Program-made: the position numbers and the translations under genes | The notes under the pieces: generated by a model | Told to the model about the DNA's origin: nothing | The model's input: the letters and a program-made list of their open reading frames with translations, nothing else | Database searches by the model: none | Shown here: one piece after another, positions 25,385-38,560 of the stretch | Layout: each line of letters starts with the position of its first letter | Position numbering within the stretch: position 1 is the stretch's first letter | Source of the DNA: Malacoraja senta | Lineage: Eukaryota | DNA: 64,000 nucleotides | Assembly (NCBI GenBank): GCA_038087875.1 | Contig: CM075989.1 | Location: forward strand, 4,216,001-4,280,000 | Direction of reading: 5' to 3'

Positions 25385-26654
25385 TAATGTGATGGAGTCT
25401 GAACTTGTGCTTTCGACTTATCAGCATCATTCTTTTTGATAAACATCTTGAGAAACAAGAAACAATTGTTTCTGCAGTTGAGTGGCTGTGCTACGGAGGT
25501 GCACAAACCAAAAGCCTTGTCCTAGGAGAAGTTGGGGCAACGGGAAGATCGCTTTGCTTAATTTTCGTAGCCTTAAATTCGGGAGAGAAGTACAACATTA
25601 TAATAGTGTCCCATACATGCCTGCTAAGGTCAGCTTTGCGGAAGACCATGCACAAACAGAGGAGGATAAGCTGTACGCTGAGGAAGGAGAAAAGTGAAAC
25701 GGGCTGGAAATATACCCAAGAAAGTGCGAGCCCAGTGTGAAAGTGGTAAGTATTGAGATGATAAACAGCGTAAGAGGCAGAGAACCAGTGATGGGAGCTC
25801 GGATGGTTTGTGGGGGAGAGTTATTGAGAGTAAGAGAGGCAAAAAATTAGAGACAGACGGAGGCAGAGGAAAGTAAAATAAGATTCCATTCGAACAAAGC
25901 ATAAATAGAGGCAAGAGCATGAAAGATACAGAGAGAATAGCTGAAAGGGGAGTGTGTGTGAAAGTGACAGGGAGATGATTGACAATAGTGCGGTGCAGAC
26001 CATCACTATATTTAAACAGTCAAGCTGTGATTAGCAAAAGGTTGTGCAAGTAACAAAACAAGCTTGATTTATTCTTGCTGCCGCCGACTAGTGCCGTGAC
26101 GGGATAATTTCCGAGGGGCTCCCACTCTGGAATCTTTGTCCCTGATGTGATGGGGTCTGAACTTGTGCTTTCTGCGGCTGGAGTGAGGTTGGCCGCAGGG
26201 ACACATCAAGTGCGGGGCCTCTATCAGGCAGGCAGGCAGACAGCACTGGCATCAGATTGACAGTACATATGTCAAACACAGGGAGAAATGATAAACCAGG
26301 AGCCAGCCTGTGCAGTCCTGCTGCAGAATTTATATCTGAGACATGCAGATATTGCATTTTCATTTTAAAACTTGATCTTCCTGAGTTTTTATTGCTGCAC
26401 ATTATCTACTGCATCTGCAGACTTTCACTAAATATATTTTGTGGCGTTGCTATTAGTTCTTCTGGTCTAAGACTGACCTACATCACGCCCTTTCATATTT
26501 CCTCCTCCTCACTCTCATTAAGATGGCAGGGCAAGGAAAAAAAGGCCATTTAAACGTAAACAGAAGTCTTGGGTCTACAGCTGGAGGCTAGAAAGTAAAT
26601 TCAACAAGCACAAAGATTGCAGTCAGAGTATTGTGTATGGTTTTGGACATTATA

Positions 26655-26820
26655 TAGGGTTTAAGATGCTCTTTAAAAACCTACCTCCTTGACCGAGCTT
26701 TAAATCACACTTTCCAATATCTCGTTCCTGCGCTTGGTTTCAGTTTTTGTCTGATTGAACCTTCACGATGGCCCTTGGGATGATTTAGTGTGAATGCTCC
26801 CGATAAATGTAAGTTGTTGC
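26655..26820 (+). mobile_element. Ancient L2-like 3' end
   Basis: 'taaaaacctacctccttgaccgagctt..ccttggga..ataaatgtaagttgttg'. Confidence 0.5.
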
Positions 26821-27111
26821 GGTGGGTCTGGTTAAGTTTGTGCACACATTTCTTGTAAACGGAGAAGGTGAAGGCAAGATTCGACGGTGGTGCTGAAAAA
26901 AAAACACAGAGATTTTTTTACAGGGAAAGAAAAAGGGGAAACTTCTTATGGTGGCAGAAGAATAGTTACCAGATGCAGAGAGCTAAAGGAGTTGATGATA
27001 GAGTTAAAGGGAACGCAAGGATAAGGTGATTAAGCAGTAAGTCATTGTGATCTGGAATGCATTGCGTGAAAGTGGAAGCAGATTCATTAAAACCTCCGAT
27101 AGGAAATTACG

Positions 27112-27411
27112 TTGGTGCACAGAGGTGCAGCTGGTGGAGCCGCTACCTCACAGCGCCAGGGATCCAGGTTCAATCCTGACCTCGGGTGCTGTCTGTGTGG
27201 AGTTTGCAAGTTCTCCCTGTGACTGCGTGGGTTTCCTCTGGGTGCTCTGGTTTCCTCCCACATCCCACAGGTTTGTGCAGACGTGCAGGTTTGCATATAC
27301 CCAGTGTGTGGGAAAGTGGGATAGCATAGTATGTGGGTGAACGGGTGATCACTGGTTGGCGTGGACTCCGTGGGCCGAAGGGCCTGTACTCATGCTATAT
27401 CGCTAAACTAA
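27112..27411 (+). mobile_element. HE1-like V-SINE
   Basis: Consensus match. Confidence 0.8.
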
Positions 27412-28419
27412 AGAGGGAATTGAGGAGTGGGACAGTGAAGTTCTGGTACTGGGCACAAGCTCAATGGGTCAAATCACCTGCTTCTGTATCATTCTGTGCT
27501 GTTATATTCCCAGGAATGATCTGTGTGCTTCACAGAATTACATGAAATTTACAATGAAACAGATTCAGTTTAAACGGTCTATGGCTTCCATGAATCTCTA
27601 CTTCCACAGCCCACTTACTTTACACGCCTCCTCATAATATCCACTGTTCCTTCCACACCCCTTGTGTAACTGCTCCCTTCAATGATTATTTAAATGCAAG
27701 TTTATTTAAATGCCTAAGTGCAAGTGGTGGAAATCTCCAAACTGTCACTATTTTATAAATAAAATAGCTTTCTTCCGGTTACTCACCGGATTACCATTGA
27801 AACATTTGAAATCCCTAATTGCAAACAATATTGAAACATATTCATTGCTATTGAAACCCTTCGCAGTTTTGTGTCAAATTAGGCTCGTTTTTTTTATGGG
27901 ATCTGGGGCTGATAAGCAAGTTGACTAACAGAGGGTTCAGACAAGATTAGCACTTAAGACGACGAAAAGAGGGAATAGTATTTAAGATAATTACGAAAGG
28001 AAAGAAGGAAAGGATGAAAGGATTTATATTTGAACAGGAGATTTTCTACCATAGCTGATGAAGCAGATTTGATACATTATTTTAGTTACTTGGATTAAGA
28101 TGAATGGAAGAAGGCTCCCAGTCCAAGACATCATCTGTCCAATCGCTTCATCAATGCTGCCTGACCTGCTGAGTTCTTCTTGCAGTTTTTTTTGCTAAAA
28201 CAGTTAATGGTACATGCAGCAAGGGCAATAAATGACTGTGCACTAGTTTGCTTGCAGATTAAATGCGTCTTTGGTCTTGCTGAGGGAAGTAGCCCTTGTG
28301 ATTTACCTGATACAGTTTTACAATTGTAAACCAGAGATTTAAATCCGATTTGTTCTGTGAGTGTGGGGATTGTTCTCTAATTGCTGTCCCTGATCCTTTT
28401 ACCTTCCCTTGTTTAAAAA

Positions 28420-28718
28420 TTAGCTTAGTTTAGAGATACAGCACGAAAACAGGCCTTACGGCCCACTGAGTCCGCGCCATCCAGCGATCCCCGTACACTG
28501 GTAATATCCTACACATTAGGGACAATTTACAATTTACAGTTTACAAATACAAACCTGTACGTATTTGGAGTGTGGGAGGAAACCGGAGCACCCAGGGAAA
28601 GCGCATGCATTCACAGGGAGAACGTACAAACTCTGTCCAGTCAGCACCCGTGGACAGGATCGATCCCGGGTCCCTGGAGCTGTAAGGCAGCAACTTTACC
28701 ACTGTGCCACCGTGCCGC
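28420..28718 (-). mobile_element. HE1-like V-SINE
   Basis: Consensus match. Confidence 0.85.
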
Positions 28719-28888
28719 CTTCAAATTTATCAAATTATTTTTCTTTATTGGAATGCTCCATTTTCATTAGTAAACAGATAATTGATGTGAAATACCAATT
28801 GGATTATAATGTATTAATTATTGATGAAAAGTAAGATATGTCAATTGGCCACAGGAGACAATTTCGGGAAGCGTAGTTTATTTCCTGG

Positions 28889-29073
28889 AACTGCAGATGC
28901 TGGAAAATCGAAGGTAGACAAAAATGCTGGAGAAACTCAGCGGGTGAGGCAGCTTCTATGGAGCGAAGGAAATAGGCAACGTTTTGGTCTCGACCCGAAA
29001 TGTCACCTATTTCCTTCGCTCCATAGATGCTGCCTCACCCGCTGAGTTTCTCCAGCATTTTTGTCTACCTTTT
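28889..29073. mobile_element. Fold-back Penelope-derived short element with a 15-bp TSD
   Basis: Inverted arms. TAGTTTATTTCCTGG occurs at 28874-28888 and 29074-29088. Confidence 0.85.
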
Positions 29074-29459
29074 TAGTTTATTTCCTGGTACTTTGGTGCT
29101 GACAGAATTTTTTTCTTAAATTAAGGGAAACAGCTTTAAATACAATGACTTTCATTTTGGTTCCCCTCTAATCCCTTGCAGTTTGCACTTAAGTTGCAGG
29201 GTAACTGAGAGCACATAGACAGTGTCCAGCTAAATAATCTATGCTGCTATCCTCAGGCCAGCACTGCCCAACACACACACTATTGTGTCATGTAGATTTG
29301 CCATGTACCACATTCAATGACGATTATTAAATGATGCATAGACCTGACTGCATTGGATGTGGACATGTTCAGTATGCAGCTTGTTACTCCGACTATAGTT
29401 CTGTGTCCTTTTTTACTTTAAGATTTGACATAACTGAAGGCAAGTTGATACTAACCTTT

Positions 29460-29810
29460 CATAGAGTTGTAGAGAAATAAAGCACAGAAACAGGCCCTTC
29501 GGCCCAACCTCATGCCGGCCACAATGCCCCATGTACACTAGTCCCACTTGCCTGCATTTGGCAATATCCCTCTAAATCTTTCCAATCCGTCTACCTGTCC
29601 AAGTGTCTTTGAAATGTTAATGTTAATGTAGTACCTGTATCAATTACCTCCTCTGGCAGTTGGTTTCATATATGCCCCTCAGGTTCCTATTGCATTTTTC
29701 CCCTTGCACCTTAAATCTATGTCCTCTGGTTTTTGATTCCCCTAATCTGCATAATAGACTCTGTGCATTCACCATTTCTATTCCCCTTATGATTTTATAC
29801 ATCTTCAAGT
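29460..29810 (-). mobile_element. CR1-type 3' fragment
   Basis: Peptide MYKIIRGIE..ESKTRGHRFKV. Confidence 0.8.
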
Positions 29811-31399
29811 CCTGGCAATATGTACAAAATGTAAGGTGTGAGGCTGTTTTCACACCTTATCTTCCCTTTGTACCCTTCCATATCAACAGTTTCCCTCTCC
29901 CCTGACTCTCAGTCTGAAGAAGGGTCTCGACCGGAAATGTCACCCATCCCTTCTCTGCCTGATCCGCTGATTTACTCCAGCATTTTGTGTCTATCTTCGG
30001 TGTAAACCAGCTTCTGCAGTTCCTTCCTACACATAATGTTTAAGGTGGGTTTATTTCAACAGGTTTGATTGAAATTTTGTATCAGAAATTTTCATCTGCA
30101 TCCAACCAATGGTACATTTAATCATGGAATATGTGCAATGGGGAGGAAGCCATAACTTGAGTTTAACCCAAATTATATCTGATCTGGGAATGTTAGACAT
30201 TGGTAACCTGAACTAACGTTTGTAGTCTTGGAGAATCTTGGTGGGTGGCCTAGGAGGAAAGGATGTCAAAATGTTTTGGACACAAGAACTGATTTAGGGA
30301 TGATTCATCCTGCCTGGTCCTCAGTTGCTGTTAGACTATATATAGATAGCAGGATTAAACTACTGGTTCCTGAATTAAGACTAAATTTCTGTAGGTGGCC
30401 ACACACAATCTCCCTTCAATTGCTATCTACAAAAAAACCAGTTGCATAATTGAAAAGAATGCAAACCAATTGGTAAATAAATTGGAGGTAGACACAAAAT
30501 GCTGGAATAACTCAGCGGGACAGGCAGCATCTCTGGAGAGAAGGAATGGGTGATGTTTCGGGTCGAGACCCTTCTTCAAGTGGTATTTCTAAGATAAACC
30601 AATTTATCTTCTAACTAGTTTCATTTAAATTTCTACAGAGGCAGACACCCTTAGAATACTTAAGAAGTATCTAGATAAGCTACAGACCAAGTGCTGGTAA
30701 ATGGGGTTAATATAGGCACATATTTGATGGTCAGGATGTTATTAAGCACCTGTTTCTGTGTGGTATGACTGTAATTCTAATTAAATATTTGACAAGTTAT
30801 GGACAGCGAACATCTTCACATTGCAGAAAACAAAAATGTGAACTATGACATATGTAGGATTTCCAAGTGTGTAAGATGAAGACACAAAGGGCTGGAATAA
30901 TCAGCAGGTCAGGCAGCATCTCTAGGGCACATGGGTAGGTGACATTGCGGTCGGGGCACTTCAGACTTGTAGCTCCTGTGCAAAATTAAAAATCTATTTG
31001 TTCATTTTTGGCGATTGAACTAGTTGGAGATAGATGGGAAAATGGTGGATGGATGTGGAGGTATTGATAACCAGTGGTGATCTTTTTGACCATCTAGAAT
31101 GGATGTGCTGAACGAGGCTCAGCATAGTTGCAAAGGTAAAATTCCAAGTCTTCAAACTGTGATCTTGGTCTCTTGCAGAAGGGATTAAATACAAGCAAGA
31201 AGTAACACAACTTAATTATAGCCTTTCCTGGGTGTGAGGTTAGTTTGTGTTGATAGATTGAGACCAGTATTAGTTAATGATGTGCCCTGTGAAAATCCTG
31301 GGAACATGAGGTGAACAACTGGAGTTCAAATTTTGGATATGTTACAAGCCATTCTGGGGTGCAATAATCACTTGGTATTATCTAACATCGCCAGGTCTT

Positions 31400-31697
31400 C
31401 AGATTTTAAATATTTAGCATGGAAACATGTCCTTTGGCCCAACGAGTTTGCGCTGACCAGCTATCCCCATACTCTAGCAATGCAGTACACATTGAGGACA
31501 ATTTACAATTTTACTAAAGATAATTAACCTACAAACCTGTACGTCTTTGGAGTGTGGGAGGAAACCGAAGCACCCGGCGAAAACCCACAGGGAGAATGTA
31601 CAAATTCTGTACAGAGAGCTCCCTTTGTCAGCATCGAACCTGGGTCTCTGGTGCTGTGAGGCAGCAACTCTACTGCTGTGCAAGCAACTGTGCCGCA
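31400..31697 (-). mobile_element. HE1-like V-SINE
   Basis: Consensus match. Confidence 0.8.
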
Positions 31698-31950
31698 CTT
31701 AGAGGTTTATCAACTCTTCTCTCCTACACTTTGCAGCTTCTCTGCATCTGAATTTTCCAATTTGAAAGTAAGTAACTTTGGATTCCTGTGACAATGCCAT
31801 TCAAACTATCTGCAACACCTTGTAACAGTTGCAGAAGCTCAAACCTTCGTAGGCATGTTGACCCCCTGAATGGCAAGTTTTGACAATGGCATCAACACCA
31901 ACACACACCTGCGTCTTGCTTCATGGCAAAGTTTTCTCTGCAAAGAACAA

Positions 31951-32258
31951 AGGGTGGCACAGTGGCGCAGGGGTAGAGTTGCTGCCTTACGGCGCCAGAG
32001 ACCCGGGTTCGATCCTGACCACGGTGCTATCTGTATGGAGTTTGTATGTTCTCCCCGAGACCTGCATGGGTTTTCTCCGGGTGCTCTGGTTTCCTCCCAC
32101 ACTCCAATGATGTACAGGTTAGTAGGCTAATTGGCTTGGTAAAATTGTAAGTTGTTCATAGTGTGTGTAGCATAGTGTTACTGTGCGGGGATTGCTGTTC
32201 GGTGCCGACTCGGTGTGCCAAAGTACCTGTTTCCACGCTGTATATCTAAACTCTAAAC
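31951..32258 (+). mobile_element. HE1-like V-SINE
   Basis: Consensus match. Confidence 0.85.
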
Positions 32259-32746
32259 CTATAACCGGAGAAAGTTCAACACTGCACATGCAGTCAACAA
32301 ACAGTATAATAATTCCCTCTGTAATTGTGATCTCCTGTCTCGGTTGTTTTATTTATTGCAACCATGAGATAGTTGACAATCAAGTAGATTGAACTGTTTA
32401 TCCCAGAAGTCGCTCTCCTGATCAGAATGCCAGTTCCCCAATGATTTTTTAAGGGAAATTATTGTCTTATTTGAAAACTTGATTCTCAAAATATTTTTCA
32501 TTGAAAGGTTTTCTCTGGTACGGCTGATTCTGATTGGAATTGCCATCCCTGGCTTTGTTCATAGCATTAAAGCGAACAAGAGGGGATTTTTACATTTAAA
32601 ATATGTAAAAATCTGTTTTTTACATATTTTTGTTCATAAAAGTAGCCAATGTATGTGAAATTACATTTATATGTTGCATTCTGTAAAAGGCACAGCACAA
32701 ATAATGTGAGGGCTTTGTATTGCACAGGTTCCAGTTCTTCGGTGGC

Positions 32747-33045
32747 AGGGACGGCATGGTGGCGCAGTGGTAGAGTTGCTGCCTTACAGCGCCAGAGACC
32801 CTGATTCGATTGTGCCTACGGGTGCTGTCTGTAGGGAGTTTGTACGTTCTCCACGTGACCATGTGCATTTTCCGCGGGTGCTCTGGTTTCCACCCACACT
32901 CCAAAGACATAGAGATTTGTAGGTTAATTGGCTTGGGTAAAGATTGTAAATTGTTCCTAGTGTGTAGGATGGTGTATGGGTATCGCTGGTCGGCATGGAC
33001 TCGCTGGGCCGAAGTTCCTGTTTCCGTGCTGTATCTCTAAAGTTA
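32747..33045 (+). mobile_element. HE1-like V-SINE
   Basis: Consensus match. Confidence 0.85.
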
Positions 33046-33427
33046 AAAAATAAAATTTAAAAAAAAGACACACTGTTATATTTCCCCTTTGGAGTGGCTT
33101 CTCCCCTCTGTAAAGAGGATTCTGATTGCTCCTTCTAGAAGCTAGGATAATGCCCGATTCACATCTATCCCATTGCGGACATTGTACTTTGTCTATGAAA
33201 CTGGTGCGCTGCAATGCTGAACCTATATTCTGCACTCTGTATCTTCCCCTTTGCTGTATCGATTGTACTTGAGTTTGACGATTATATTTATGTGTAGTAT
33301 CATCTGATCTAGAAACAAGGAACTGCAGATGTTGGTTTACAAAAAGGAAGACACAAAGTGCTGGAGTAACTCAATGGGTCAGGCAGCATCAGGCAAACAT
33401 TTGATCTGTTTGGATAGCTTGCAAAAC

Positions 33428-33960
33428 ACGGCAGCGCGGTGGAGCAGCGGTAGAGTTGCTGTCTTACAGCACCAGAGACCTGAGTTTGATCCTGGCTACG
33501 GGTGTTGTCTGTACGGAGTTTGTATATTCTCCTTGTGACAACGTGGGTTTTCTCAGGGTGCTCTGGTTTCCTCCCACACTCCAAAGACACACAGGTTTGT
33601 AGGTTGTGTCTGAAAGAACTGCAGATGCTGGTTGAAATCAAAGGTAGACACAAAATGCTGGAGTAACTCAGCATGACAGGCAGCATCTCTGGAGAGAAGG
33701 AATGGGTGACGTTTCAGGTCGAGACCCTTCTTCAGACAGACAAAGATAGAATGTAGTTGGAGACAGTAAGACTGGTGGGAGAACTGGAAAGGGGAGGGGA
33801 TAGAGGGTTTGTAGGTTAATTGGCTTCGGTAAAAAATTATAAATTGTCCCTAGTGTGGGTAAGATAGTGCTAGTGTACGGGGATCGCTGGTCAACGTGGA
33901 CTGGATGGGCCGAAGGGGCTGTTTCCACGCTGTTTCTCTAAAGTATAGTCGAAAGTCTAA
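33428..33960 (+). mobile_element. V-SINE interrupted by an inverted Penelope 3' fragment (about 33606-33805)
   Basis: 'ggtttgtaggtt' is repeated on both sides of the insert. Confidence 0.75.
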
Positions 33961-35157
33961 AGCTTTTCATTATTCATTGGTAGACATGACAATAATAAAT
34001 CTAAATGCAAATCAAGCTTCGCTATGACCTAAAATGTATATTCCTGGACTTTGAATTGTGGCTGCCCGCATTATCCACTCACAGATAGCCCCTTTTTCTG
34101 GAAGACCAGTAAGTTTGGGAAAAGAAAAAGGTAGCTTTCACAGAGTTTATAATCTTTCAGCATCAGTTGGTGCATACCTTGATGTATGTGTCTCTGGGAG
34201 TAGTCCATGAATTGTGGAGATGAACCTCAACAAAAAAGAAGTATTGCAAGCGCAAGGAACTGCAGGCACTGGAATCTTGAACAAAACACAAAGTGCTGGA
34301 GGGACTCGTCTCTGTCCAGATCATCTTGGCAAACATGCATTCAAGAGAGTGATGAACGAGGGTCCCTTGAGGGTAGCATGTGTTGCCTCTGAGGCTCCAG
34401 CTGTGCAGGAAGAGTCTAATGTGAAGGGCTGCGTTCATCACCAGCCAAACACAGTCTTGGCGCTGGTTTCAAAGTCCTGGTGCTGAAGCATTTTTTCAAA
34501 TGACTTTTGATCACCTCCTTGGGAAAAGATCCAACAATCTCCTTTCCAAAGATAGACACAAAAAGCTGGAGTAACTCAGCGGGACAGGCAGCATCACTGG
34601 AGAGAAGGATTGGGTGACGTTTCAGGTCGAGACCTGCAACAGGTTTCTGTCAACAATTACTTTTCTCCAGAGATGCTGCATGACTCACTGAGTTACTCCA
34701 GCTTTTCATGTCTATCTTCAGCATGGAAACAGACTCTTTGTCCAACCAAGTCCACACTGACTATCGATCAACTGTCCATAATGTAGAAGTAAGGAACAGC
34801 TGATCTCTTGTTCACCTGTTCACACTAGTTCTCTGCTATTCCACTTTCTCATCCGTTCCCTTCACACTGGGGTGATTTGCACCTGTAATTAACCTACAAA
34901 CCCACACATCTTTGGGATGTGGGTGGAAACAAGATCACCCCGATGAAACTCACGCAGTCACAAGGAGAACGTGCAAACTCCACACAGGCAGCACATATGG
35001 TCAAGCTCGAACCCGGTCTCTGGTGCTGCCCTATAATGTTCAATAGAGGAAATATTCAATGTAGAAAACGTTTAATATCAGTACAAAACCTGCCCTCATA
35101 CAGTGACGATGTGCAGTCCATATCGATTTAATAATAAAATAACAATAAAGAAAGAAT

Positions 35158-35555
35158 AGAAGATAAACACAAAAACCTGGAGTAACTCAGTGGGTCAAAC
35201 AGAATCTCTGGAGAAAAGGAATAGGTGACGATTTGGGTTGAGATCCTTCTTCAGACTTTGTCAGGGGAAAGGGAAGCAAGAGATATAGACGGTACATAGG
35301 ACTAATGAATGAAAGATATGCAAAAACAATGATGATCAAGGAAAAGTGGAGCACACAATGGTCTATTGTTGGCTGTGGGGTAGAAGATAATGAGTTGTGT
35401 TGGCAGTGAAACTTAAAAGGACGACAGTGAAGCTAGTACGACAACTAGGGTGGGGGAGGGACGGAGAGAGAGAGAAAGATAGAGAGAGGGGATGCAAGGG
35501 TTACGAAGTTGGAGGAATCAATATTCATACTGCTGGGTTGTAAGCCGCCCAAGCT
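35158..35555 (-). mobile_element. Penelope-like 3' fragment, second subfamily with a longer 3' region
   Basis: Terminal repeat plus the end of the GIY-YIG region. Related copies at about 50095-50620 (-), 58060-58420 (+) and 63370-63600 (-). Confidence 0.7.
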
Positions 35556-35972
35556 TACAGGAGGGGACAGTCAGATGGCGTGACTATACTGGAGGGTAAT
35601 CTGACTGTGTGGCCCTGACATGCAGTGTTGTTATGGAGAAGCAGAAATTCAACTGGGGCTATCACTCCGTACTTGGGCCTGGCAAAGTGAGAGGTCAAGC
35701 CTATGAAGGGATTGTTTAAAGTAGATTTCCTTGGGTTCACTCATGTGACTCCCCTCAGCCGAATTTCTAACTCCTAATCTTCAGATAAGTGTGATTATCC
35801 CAGGAAGGCTGTTGTCGAGGCTTTGTAATGGCTACAAGGAACCTTTGATGCCCTGCTTTGTGGTGGTGCTGTGCTGGGTTGTTTTTTTCCAACGCTTTGG
35901 ATAAGTTTTTTGGTCATGTTACCGCAACTGTTTTGCTCTCCCTGGCAAGAATCCTGCTGTTATCTTGCTTTG

Positions 35973-35976
<4 letters not shown>

Positions 35977-36015
<39 letters not shown>

Positions 36016-36106
36016 TCTCTCTCTCTCTCCCCTCTCCCCCTCCCCATCTCCCTCCCCATCTCCCCCATCTCCCTCCCTCTCTCTCCCTCTCTCCCTCCCC
36101 CTCTCT

Positions 36107-36145
<39 letters not shown>

Positions 36146-36176
36146 TCTCTCCCCCTCTCTCCCTCTCCCCCTCTCT

Positions 36177-36237
<61 letters not shown>

Positions 36238-36251
36238 CTCTCTCTCTCTCT
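35977..36251. repeat. (CT)n / CCCT polypyrimidine tract
   Basis: About 275 bp, almost purely C/T. Confidence 0.98.
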
Positions 36252-37675
36252 GTAGTGGTCTGTGTTCTCCCTCCGCACTGAAGGAAGAATGAAATAACAC
36301 CTTCCTGTAAGAAGGATGTGCTACTGTGTGAGGGAAGCACTCCTTCAAATGATCTGATCCATCTTGATTTTTCGGAACACTAAACCAACTCCTTCACTGG
36401 ACCCACTGGGAACTCTTGAGAGGTGATATTCCGTTAAATAAAAATCATCTTCTCCCTAGATGTGAGGTTGGAGAAAATCTGAAGTGCAGGGGAATGTGAA
36501 GAAAGAATGGATCGCTGTAATTGCTGTGAAAGTACAATAAACAAAGGGATTTGATGATGATTAAACCAGAGAGCGCTGGGGCCAGGCACAGATTAAGGGC
36601 TGCGGGTTAAAAAGGGACTGTGTAACATTGTGTCTGAGACATGCAGTATAAATTAGAGCATGGGACAAAAGTATTCGGGAGGTCAGTGGGACCATTCCCC
36701 GCGAAAAGAGACGGGCATAATATCGATGCTGTTCCTGAACAGATCCTTTTTCAAAACTCGGGAGCGTGGTGTGTAGATCAGAGGGGGTTTCGAGCCTGTG
36801 TGTGTGATGCGTTCACTGGCTGTTACCCCGAACGCTCTCTCAGCAGCCTGGGCCCGCTTTGAAGTCGCCAGTCATGTGAATCAGCCCAGTTTAGGGAGAC
36901 GCCGCAAAACCTCAGGATAAGGTCGGAAGCACGCACCCACACGTCCGACCATTGGGCTCCGATATCGTCAGAAAACCCACATAACCTAAGACTATGCCAT
37001 GGGACTCAGTCACATAGGTGTTTGATGCAGGGCATTCTCTCTGCTGAACACTAGTTGTAAAATGTGCTAAGGGCTGCGTCTAAAACCAGCAGAGAGAAGA
37101 GCTTCAGATGAATATGCCTGCACCCACAGTGTACCATCAGGGCCTGCCATTAAAATATGCAAGCATTACATTTGAAACAAACAGGGATTGACAGATGTCT
37201 CTTCCTAGTGCAGCACAGTTTTACAACGTGAATTTAGTTTAGTTGTGTTTATTGTCACGTGTACCGAGGTACAGTGAAACGCTTTTGTTGCGTGCTATCC
37301 AGTCAATACACGATTATGTACAAAGACAATACACGATTACCATCGAGTATAGTGTTTACACTGCATAGATACATGATAAGGGAATAATGTTTAGTGCAAA
37401 GTAAAGCTCGCAAAGTCTGATCAAGGGTCATCAATGAGGCAGGGTGGGTTCATGCTGAGAACGTTATCAGGTACCCAGAAGATCAGAGAAAAAGGCAGCT
37501 TAATATTTCAGTTAAGACCGAGTTCTGGCCAAGGGAGATCTACCTCAAATGTTAATCACCTTTAGGAATGAAGCAGTCAGATTATGTTCCTTGTATTCAA
37601 AGAGCTAAAGGTAAGATTTGAGCGATCACATTAATTGGGAACATTAGGAATATTAGGCCATTCAGCTCCTTGAGT

Positions 37676-37888
37676 GTAGGAAGGAACTGCAGATGTCGGT
37701 TTACATCAAAGGTAGACACAAAATTTCGGAGTAACTCAGCGGGTCAGGCAGCATCTCCAGAGAAAAGGAATAGGTGACTTTCTTGGGTCAGGTCTGAAGA
37801 AGGGTCTTTGACCCGAAACGTCACCAATTCCTTTTTCTCCAGAGATGCTGCCTGTCCCGCTGAGTTACTCTAGCATTTTGTGTCTATC
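37676..37888. mobile_element. Fold-back Penelope-derived element with a hammerhead-like core (37794-37822) and a 15-bp TSD
   Basis: TTCAGCTCCTTGAGT at 37661-37675 and TTCAACTCCTTGAGT at 37889-37903. Confidence 0.85.
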
Positions 37889-38331
37889 TTCAACTCCTTG
37901 AGTTTGCTCCTTCCTGCATTGAAATCTTACTTTATTGCACAACATCATTGAACTACTTTTCCACCCGCATCTTTTGATATCCTTACCTGACAAAAAAATC
38001 TATTGAGCTTGGTATTGAAAGCTTCAAATTGTCCCTTCACCCTAGGGGATAGGAATTGTAGATCTCGTGTCCACCCTGTGGAAGGACTGGCAAAAGAATT
38101 GCTTGTAAATCAGGCAAATATGGAAGCAACGTTAGTGAGGATCTCACTCTGAAGAAGGGTCTCGACCCGAAAGGTCACCTATTCCTTTTCGCCAGAGCTG
38201 CTGCCTGACCTGCTGAGTTTTTACAGCTTTTTGGTCCTTTCTTTATTTTTCTTTTGTTTTAATGTCGACATGTACTGCCCGCCTTCACTGTACAAGGACC
38301 AGTTTCGGATTGATATGCAACATTTTCTACG

Positions 38332-38560
38332 GGCTGGCAGTACAGTGACGCAGCTGGTAGAGCTGCTGTCTCGCTGTGCCATAAACCTGGGTTCAATCCT
38401 GACTTCAGCTGCTGGTACAGTCTGTGTGCAGTTTGCACGTTCTCCCCGTGACCGCGTGGGTTTCCTCCAGGTGCTCTGGTCTCCTCCCACAAAGATGATC
38501 GGGTTTTTAGATTAATTGTAGTTATAAATTGCTGCCAGTGTGTCAGGAATGGATGAGGAA
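38332..38560 (+). mobile_element. HE1-like V-SINE, 3'-truncated
   Basis: Head and V-domain are present. Confidence 0.75.

Noticed and set aside
35858..36348. ORFs rich in SLSL / ERER
   Set aside because: Translations of the (CT)n microsatellite.
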